Assembly: GCA_963845755.1 (NCBI GenBank)
Contig: CAWJTV010000042.1
Span: 128,001 to 192,000 of the forward strand
Source of the DNA: an uncultured Planctomycetota bacterium
Lineage (GTDB): Bacteria; Planctomycetota; Planctomycetia; Isosphaerales; Isosphaeraceae
Length of the DNA: 64,000 nt
Direction: 5' to 3'
A model generated the notes under the pieces. The model was given only the letters and a program-made list of their open reading frames with translations, ran no database searches and had not been told where the DNA came from. Made by a program: the position numbers and the translations under genes. Below are positions 56,719-64,000 of this stretch, piece after piece. Every line of letters begins with the position of its first letter. Positions within the stretch are counted from its first letter, which is position 1.

Positions 56719-57306
56719 GACGAACCTCCTGGTCAGAAGCAGCTTGGTTTTATCCTTCGCGAAGATACGCCGCGGATTACCCCGAAGGGCCGGGCGTATG
56801 AACGGGCGCCACTTGATTTTTTCGATGAAAAGCGGCGAATTTCCTCCGCTCACCACCACCTCGGTGCCGTTGGTGTTCAGCGTGCGCCCTCCGGCGACCA
56901 CGAGGTGGGTGCCTTCGATCACGACCGCGACTCCGTCGTAGGTCGCGTGCAACTGCACGGACTCTCCCGACACTCCCTTCACACTGCACGCCCTGTGCCT
57001 GTTGGCGACTTCGTGACCATCGTTCGGATTGAGAACGCGCCTCGACGAATCATGGCCGCCTGTCCATGCCGCGCGGGATCTCCATGATCTGGTCGGGTTT
57101 GTCAACTTCACTGCGTTGGTTTGCATCCATGATGGCCTGTCGAGCCGAACGTACGAATGCCACCAACGCCGATAAGAGCCGCGCGACGTCACCACGGCCG
57201 TTCACAGTTGTGGCTGATCGCGATCCTGCGACGTGAGCGCACGCGAAAACTCGAGGAGTTCGAGCGCTTCACAGATGGGTTGCGCACGCAAACAGCGGAT
57301 CTTCTG

Positions 57307-57476
57307 CGGCCTGAAGGGCCGCCAGAGCCTATCCCGGGGTGAAAACCCGGGACTCGGTCGTACCGCCGCGACGGGTGCACCCTGACGGGGTGCTGGCGGG
57401 GGTCTCCTGCGGCCCTACAGGCCGCTCGGATGCGGGTTTGCTGTCGGACCCCGGGTTTCACCCGGGGCTGGACTTC
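57307..57476. repeat. REP-like palindrome, left portion (remainder displaced to 59483-59503 by the insertion)
   Basis: CGGCCTGAAGGGCCGC...CCCGGGGTGAAAACCCGGG pairs with the reconstituted CCCGGGTTTCACCCGGGGCTGGAC-TTC-CTGCGGCCTTTCAGGCCG. Confidence 0.8.
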
Positions 57477-59482
57477 TATGACCCCAACAGAGTGGCATAT
57501 AGCCCGTTGATACCTGATACTGTCATCCCTCTGAGCCGCCTCAGAGGGCGTTGAACCCGACCCTGACGCCGGATTGCTGCTTGCATGGAGGTGATCGTCC
57601 TCGCGACGTCCTACCACGGAGAGCGGACATGACACGACGATCGGCCTTGGGACGGCACAGCCTCCGCATCCACCGGGAGTTCGTCCCCTCCCGCTGCCAG
57701 CTCCGCGCCCTGGCCTTGGCCTTCGAGCAGGCCCTCCCCATCATCCGGAGGCCGCTGACGACGCCGGCACGACCACAAATGTTCGTTGATTCTGATTTGA
57801 ATTCGTTCACACAACCAGGCCGTTCGGGGGCCCTCCGATGACCGAACCCATCGACCGCCGCGCCGCCTTGTACGCCAGGGTCTCCACCGAACAGCAGGCC
57901 CAAGAGGACACGATCGCCAGTCAACTCGATCTGTTGCGCCGGCGGATCCAGGCCGATGGCCTGACCGTCGCCCAGGAACTCCAATTCGCCGACGACGGTT
58001 ATTCGGGCGAGACCTTCCGGCGCCCCGCCCTGGAACGGTTGCGCGACACGGCCGCCGCCGGGGCGATCGACCGGATCTACATCGAGTGTCCCGACCGATT
58101 GGCACGGGATTACCCGTATCAGATGGTCGTGGTCGACGAGCTGCGCCGCCAGGGCGTCGAGGTCGTCTTCCTCAATCACGACCTCGATGAGAGCCCCGAG
58201 GGTCGACTGCTGTTGCAAGTCCAGGGGATCATCGCCGAATACGAGCGGGTCAAGGCCCGTGAGAAGTGTCGCCGCGGCCGGCTCTACGCGGCGCGGTCGG
58301 GCCAGGTCAGCGTCCTGGGCGGCGCGCCTTACGGATACCATTACCACACCAAGCAGGAGGGAGGTGGCGCGGCCCGGTATGTCGTCCAGTTCGCCGAGGC
58401 CCAGGTGGTCCGAGAGATCTTCACCTGGGTGGGGATCGAAGGATGTTCGCTCAGTCAGGTGTGCCGACGATTGCGAGAACGCGGGCTCCTTACCCGCACG
58501 GGCAAGGCGCATTGGGATCGGGCCACGGTCCTGGGCATGCTGCGCAACCCGGCTTACATGGGGACAGCCCACTTCAACAAGGTCCATTGCGTCCCGGCCC
58601 GTCCCCGGTTGCGCCCGCGTCGGGGAGTCCCCGAGTTTCCACGGCGACACACCGCCAAAGCGGCGACGCCCCCCGAGGACCAGATCCCGATCCCGGTGCC
58701 GGCGATCGTGGAGCCGGCCCTGTTCGAGGCCGTGCAGGAGCGGCTGGCGGAGCACCGCCGACATCCCGGCCAGGCGGCCCCCCGGCCGCGCCATCTGCTG
58801 GCGGGCTTGGTGGTGTGCCAGCGGTGTGGTTACGCGTATCGCGGTCGGGCCATGAAGAAGAAGGGAGGGAGTCGCTATGGCTATTACCGCTGTTATGGGG
58901 CGGAGGCCGAGTCCTTCGCCGGCCGGGCCCGGATCTGCGACAATCCGGCGATCCGGATCGAACGTCTGGACGAGGCGGTGTGGTCCGATGTGCGCGGGTT
59001 GTTGCTGGAGCCGGAGCGGTTGGCTGAGGAATTCGAGCGGCGGTTGAGTCGGGCGAACCGAGGCGAGGGGACGACTCAGTCGAGTCGGAGCCTGGACAAG
59101 TTGATCGGTCAGGTCCGCCGCAGGCTGGCGCGGCTGGTGGAGATGTACGCCGACGGATACATCGAGAAGGAGAAATTCCAGAGAGATATGGATATTTCTC
59201 GAACACGAATGTCAGAATTGGAGTCGGAGCGTCGGGCGATGGACCAGGAGGAACAGCAACGGGAGGAGTTACGGTTGGTGATGGGTCGGATCGAGGAATT
59301 CGGGCGCAGGTACGCGCCGGTTTGGATACCAGCGACGTGGCGACGCGTCGTCGGATCATTTGTGCACTGGTCAAGAAGGTCGAGATCGATGCCGAGGCGG
59401 TTCATATTGTGTATCGTGTGAGCCCTCGCCCTTTTGCCCAAACGGCCCCGACAGACGGTAACATGCCACACTGTTGGGGCCG
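57477..59482 (+). mobile_element. Minimal large-serine-recombinase element (~2.0 kb) inserted in a REP
   Basis: TTC on both sides (57474-57476, 59483-59485); subterminal 17-bp inverted repeats CCCCAACAGAGTGGCAT (57482-57498) and ATGCCACACTGTTGGGG (59463-59479), one mismatch. Confidence 0.85.
57629..57841 (+). CDS. 70-aa accessory protein translationally coupled (ATGA overlap) to the recombinase
   Basis: GGAGAG RBS; MTRRSALGRHSLRIHREFVPSRCQLRALALAFEQALPIIRRP...; its stop overlaps the recombinase ATG. Confidence 0.7.
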   Translation: MTRRSALGRHSLRIHREFVPSRCQLRALALAFEQALPIIRRPLTTPARPQMFVDSDLNSFTQPGRSGALR

Positions 59483-59510
59483 TTCCTGCGGCCTTTCAGG
59501 CCGCCGGTGA
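57838..59510 (+). CDS. Large serine recombinase (resolvase, recombinase, zinc-ribbon and coiled-coil domains); frameshift near 59310
   Basis: YARVST catalytic Ser, DDGYSG, RPAL, DRLAR, APYGY, LRNPAYMG and CQRCG...YYRC...C; C-terminal RRRIICALVKKVEID in a shifted frame. Confidence 0.93.
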
Positions 59511-59674
59511 TCGGCTAGCCTCGTGTGTGCAACGCAAGCGTGATGCGCTCTAGCCCGTTCCTGCCGTCGTAGTGTTCCTGAATGAGGCTAGCGACACGAC
59601 CGTCGTAAACATATCCTCAAACGGAAGCGGCCGCAGTTCTGGGCCGGAGATCGCGTCGGAGGGCCCGGGCCGTC

Positions 59675-60262
59675 ATGTGCAAGAATCGCATCTTCGTCAG
59701 CGCGACCATCCGCGATCTGGGCAGCTATCGCGAGCTTGCCAGCAAGACCCTGCGCGAGCGCGGCCACGACGTCGACGATCGGGCCGTCTTCAACCTGACT
59801 TATCTCGAGATCGGCGAGAAGCTGAAAAGCCGGATCGCGGCGTGCGATGCCGTGGTCTGCCTGATCGGCTGGGTCTATGGCGGCGAGCCGTTGCAACGCC
59901 CGCCGGACCAACCTCGCCGGTCGTATACCCAGTGGGAGTATTTCCTCGCCCGGGAGCTCGGGAAACCGCTCTACCTCCTGTTGGCCGGCGAGACGACAGC
60001 GTTCGTCTCCGATCCGCGCGGACCGGAGAGCGACGACCTTCGGCAATTCCAGAAAGACTATCGCGCCGAGGTCATCCCCAAGCGGGACTGGCGGCCGTTC
60101 GCGAACAACGACCAGCTTCGCGCCGAGCTGGCCCTGCTCCGCTTCCCCTGGGAGATCCCTTCATTACCACACAAGCCCAACAACCTGCCGCTGATCTGTC
60201 GCCCCGTCGGGGCTCGCCGGAGGGGAGGGAGCCGAGGCGTGGCGAGTGGTCCCGGGGGTTGA
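59675..60262 (+). pseudogene. DUF4062-domain protein, truncated after the PNNLP linker
   Basis: RIFVSATIRDLGSYR...CDAVVCLIGWVYG...SYTQWEYFLARELGKP; the sequence loses coding character after HKPNNLPL. Confidence 0.75.
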
Positions 60263-60379
60263 CATCCCTGGGCTTTGCGATCCCGTCCCGTTGGGACTGG
60301 CCGGAGCGTCTCGGTCGGGAACCGGTCGATTCTTGGGTGGACTCTGATGCGCCTGTCGCCTTATGACGCCGGCAAGCAC

Positions 60380-60424
60380 GTAGGTCAGGCGTTCCAGCCT
60401 GACGGGATGGAAAGCCTGACCTAC
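60380..60424. repeat. GTAG-type REP hairpin
   Basis: GTAGGTCAGGC...GCCTGACCTAC inverted repeat; a degenerate relative lies near 40642-40692. Confidence 0.8.
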
Positions 60425-60432
60425 ATGACGTG

Positions 60433-61424
60433 TCAGCGATCGATCGACTTCATCGCCTGCGCGTGGTACCGGTCTCCCGAGGCGACGCCCACCGGCAGGA
60501 TGGCATCGATCTGGGCCAGCTCTTCGGCCGTCAGGCGGACGGGGACCGCACCCAGGTTGTCATCGAGATACGTGACCCGCTTCGTGCCGGGGATCGGCAC
60601 GATGTCCTCCCCCTGGGCCAGCACCCAGGCGAGCGCGAGCTGGCTCGGCGTGCAGCCCTTGGCCGCGGCGAGCTGCTCGATCGTCTTGACCAGGTCGAGG
60701 TTCTTCGTGAAGTTCTCGCCGTGGAAGCGGGGCAGGTTGCGGCGGGCGTCGTCGGCCGGCAGGTCGTCGATCGATCGGATCTGGCCGGACAGAAATCCCC
60801 TCCCCAGCGGGCTGTAGGCCACAAAGCCGATCCCCAGCTCTCGCACGGCCGGCAGCACTTCGGTCTCGACCTCGCGGGTCCAGAGCGAGTACTCCGTTTG
60901 CAACGCCGCGATGGGGTGGATCCTCGCCGCGCGACGGATCGTCGCGGGGGCGGCCTCCGAGAGTCCCAGATGGCGGACCTTGCCGGTCGTCACCAGGTCG
61001 GCCATCGCCCCGACGGTTTCTTCGATCGGTGTCTTGGGATCGACCCGGTGCTGGTAGTAGAGGTCGATCGCCTCCACGCCCAGCCGCCGGAGACTCGCCT
61101 CGCAGCAATCCTTCACGTACCGCGCGTCGCCGCGGAGGCCCAGGAACTCGCCGCTCGCGCCGCGGACGTTGCCGAACTTGGTCGCCAGCACCACCCGGTC
61201 CCGGCGCCCTGGATCGCCTTGCCGACCAGGACCTCGTTGCGGCCCACGCCGTACATGTCGGCCGTGTCGAGGAAGTTGCCGCCGCTGTCGAGGTAGCGGT
61301 GGATGACGCGGATCGACTCGGCGTCGTCCATCTGTTTCGGGTCGTAGAACTCGCTCATGCCCATGCAGCCGAGGCCGATCGCCGAAACCTTCAGACCGCT
61401 CCGACCCAGTTCACGCTCGGTCAT
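60433..61424 (-). CDS. Aldo/keto reductase; frameshift near 61200
   Basis: [37 protein letters not shown] and PIPGTKR motifs. Confidence 0.93.
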
Positions 61425-61973
61425 CGTCTTTCCTTTCCGTTGTCGAGACTCTCGCATCACCTCCGGGTCAGAAACCGCTTGTGTCCCCGCGCCGAAGGGG
61501 CCGCGACGATCCGGTGCAGGAAGGATATCGCGGCTTCGGCCGCTGGCTGACCGTCGGCCGCCGTCAGGCCGGAGCTGGGCTCGACGGCGACGCCAGAGAG
61601 CAAGGACTGGGTGCACGCGATGCTGTAATCATCCTCGGGATTCGGTTTCGGCAGGTCCTGGTTGCGCTCGGCGCCCGAGTTGTCCATGCCTGAAGCTTCC
61701 GGAAGTTGCGTGAAATCGTGTGGACAGCCTCCCAGCACAGGGAAGTCTCCGGCGGCCCAAGCGACGCGGCGCAGTTGACCGGATTATCACATCCCAAGGT
61801 CAGACGTCGCAACTCTCACTATGGAAAAGTGGAGATCAGTGGGGTGGATTCGCATCGGCCCTGGGGTTTGCGCCTCTCAGTCGCCTGGCTCCCTAGACTT
61901 GTCCGGACGGCGTGAACCCGTTACTTTGGCAGGATCGGGTGGCGTGTCGGCAGATCGCAAAGGAACTGGATCG

Positions 61974-63811
61974 ATGATCACACCGGAGGAAGCGGCCGAT
62001 CGGCTCGGCCAGGCCGAATCGGCGGGCCACATTTCCCCGTCGGCGTTGAACAACATCCGGCGATGGCTGACGGAGGCCCCGTTCGCCAAGTACCGTCCCC
62101 AACTCCTGGAAGACATGACGCAGGGCCGGTGGGCCGAGCTGGACGAGGCGTTCTTCACCGTGCTCGAATTCGGCACGGGAGGCCGCCGCGGCAAGATGTA
62201 CCCCGTGGGGACGAACGTCCTCAACGCGCGGACGATCGCCGAAAGCGCGCGCGGCCTGGCCGACTACGTGACGTCGCAGAAAGGCGAGGGCTCGCGCCGG
62301 ACCTGCGTCATTGCCCGCGATACTCGTCACCATTCCGCCGGGTTCGCCGAGCTCTGTGCCTCGGTGCTCGCGGCCGCCGGTTTCCACGTGATCCTGTTCC
62401 GGGATTACCGTTCCACGCCGCTCCTCTCCTTCGCCGTGCGCCACCTGCACTGCGACGCCGGAATCATGATCACCGCGTCGCATAATCCGCCGTCGGACAA
62501 TGGATTCAAGTGCTATTCCGCCACCGGCGGCCAGGTCATCCCGCCCGACGACCTCGGCATCATCGACTGCGTGAAGGCCGCCTCCGATCGCGAGATCCCG
62601 GAGAAGCCGCTCGCGGCGGGCCTGGCGGACGGCTCGATCGTCTGGGCGAGTCCCGAACTGGACGCCGCCTACTTGACCTCCGTCGAGAGCGCGTCGGTCA
62701 GCCACGCGCGAGACCTGTCGATCGTGTACACGCCGCTCCATGGCGTCGGCGAGACGTCGGTGGCCGCCGCGCTGCGGATTGCGGGCTTTGCCGACGTCCA
62801 CATCCTCGAATCCCAGCGCACACCCGACGGCGACTTTCCCAATGTACCCGACCACGTCGCCAACCCCGAGTATCCCCGGACGCTCGAGGCCGCGATCCGC
62901 GAAGCCAGGAATCGGGCGCGGACCTCGTGCTGGCCAGCGATCCGGACGCCGACCGCATCGGTGTCGGCGTCCCGGTCACCGGCGATCCGAAGGGCGACTG
63001 GACGACCCTCGACGGCAACCAGATCGGTGTCCTCCTGGCCGCCTTCGTGATGAAGGAATGCGAGTATCACGGCTGGCTTCGGTCCGACCACTATCTGGTC
63101 ACGACCCTGGTCTCGACCGAGATGGCCCGCGCCCTGGCCCATCGCGAGGGGATCCATGTCGAGGACGACTTGCTCGTGGGCTTCAAGTGGATCGCCAACC
63201 GAATCGAGGAAGCCGGGCCCGCCAGTTTCTTGTTCGCCTTCGAGGAGTCGCACGGCTACCTCCGAGGGACCGACGTGCGCGACAAGGACGCGGGCGTGGC
63301 CTCGCTGCTCTTCGCCGAGTTCGCCGCCACCGTCAAGGACCGGAAGCAGACTGTCCTGGAATACCTCGATGATCTGTACATCGACGTGGGACACTATGCC
63401 GAGCGGCTGGTCAGCAAGACCTACGAAGGCCGAGAGGGCCACGCCAAGATTCAGACGTTGATGGAGGCGTTTCGCAACCGTCCGCCTGGCAAGCTCGGCG
63501 GGTTGACCCTCGTTGACGTGAGCGACTACCAGGCGCATGAGATCCGCTCGTTGAACGGGACTGGTCCAACCCGGCCTCTGCCGCAGCCTTCCGGCGACCT
63601 GCTCATTTTCCACGCCGATCGGCCCGGCTGCCGATTCGCCGCGCGGCCTTCGGGAACCGAGCCGAAGATCAAGTTCTATCTCTTCGCCCGGACCCCCGTG
63701 GAAGGCCCCGACCATCTGCCCGCCGCGAAGGAGCAAACGCGACGCGTCCTAGATGCGATGTCGTCCGACCTGGAGCGCTATGTCGAGGAAGCGCTGAAGG
63801 GATCGTCGTGA
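61974..63811 (+). CDS. Phosphoglucomutase/phosphomannomutase-family phospho-sugar mutase; frameshift near 62905
   Basis: FGTGGRRG, ITASHNP, DPDADR, FEESHG and RPSGTEPKIKFY motifs. Confidence 0.95.
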
Positions 63812-63863
63812 AGCCGGCCGATGGGGTGGATCCGATTCGGAGGGTATCTCGTCGGTACGATTC

Positions 63864-63929
63864 GTAGAGTGGGTGAAACCCACCGAATCTTCTCGGACTG
63901 AACAGGTCGGTGGATTTCACTCACGCTAC
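63864..63929. repeat. GTAG-type REP hairpin between convergent genes
   Basis: GTAGAGTGGGTGAAACCCACCGA / TCGGTGGATTTCACTCACGCTAC imperfect inverted repeat. Confidence 0.8.
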
Positions 63930-64000
63930 TGGGTTAGGGTCTTGGCCCCGGTCAACTTCGCGGTTTCGTCCCGCAGCGTCTGGATGCTCCGCTCGAAATA
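63926..64000 (-). CDS. C-terminal end of a gene entering from the right edge
   Basis: YFERSIQTLRDETAKLTGAKTLTQ*, with GC-rich third codon positions. Confidence 0.45.
   Translation of the reverse strand, partial: YFERSIQTLRDETAKLTGAKTLTQ

Noticed and set aside
56780..57342. Coding-like fragments (GESVQLHATYDGVAVV..., LWLIAILRRERTRKLEEF...)
   Set aside because: Probably remnants; no start or family could be supported.
61457..61687. Small ORF MDNSGAERNQD... upstream of the aldo/keto reductase
   Set aside because: No motif or clear RBS; cannot be distinguished from a chance ORF.
1306..63811. Widespread frameshifts read as programmed frameshifting or mass pseudogenisation
   Set aside because: They also hit housekeeping genes (sucA, phosphomutase) whose sequences are otherwise intact, and some fall in homopolymer runs. 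Sequencing indels are the simplest explanation.

Overview
This is a GC-rich bacterial window, very probably from a planctomycete (Isosphaeraceae-like). The markers are a DUF1559 prepilin/H-X9-DG gene, LE(D/P)R-xLL export-motif proteins, ECF sigma + Ser/Thr kinase pairs, a DUF1080 gene and membrane-anchored sulfatase-like genes. Many genes carry single-base frameshifts, including housekeeping sucA and the phosphomutase, so these are most likely uncorrected long-read indels rather than real pseudogenes. The left part (1-20.6 kb) is accessory: two divergent ECF-kinase modules, a ~1,970-aa secreted RTX-like protein, a lower-GC atypical patatin-like gene and several IS remnants. The middle holds secreted enzymes, an ABC permease, a hybrid histidine kinase, arfB and tRNA-Ser(GCT). 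The right part holds sucA-sucB-(ankyrin)-lpdA, a repeat peptide gene, a serine-recombinase element, a truncated DUF4062 gene, an aldo/keto reductase and a phosphomutase. Most interesting non-annotated signals: (1) a ~2.0-kb two-gene large-serine-recombinase element inserted precisely into a REP palindrome, with its ORF running through its own right end; (2) a 117-bp IS110/IS1111-like miniature element inserted at a CT core in another REP; (3) a recurring non-coding module, found twice, made of a ~125-bp AT-rich segment, 28-29-bp palindromic sites and periodic AA(C/T)CGAA(C/G)CCA-type repeats; (4) heptamer-inverted-repeat cassettes at both junctions of the suc operon; (5) a secreted peptide with tandem YWYYSP repeats hidden in a shifted frame. 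All family assignments come from motif recognition by eye; no database was searched.
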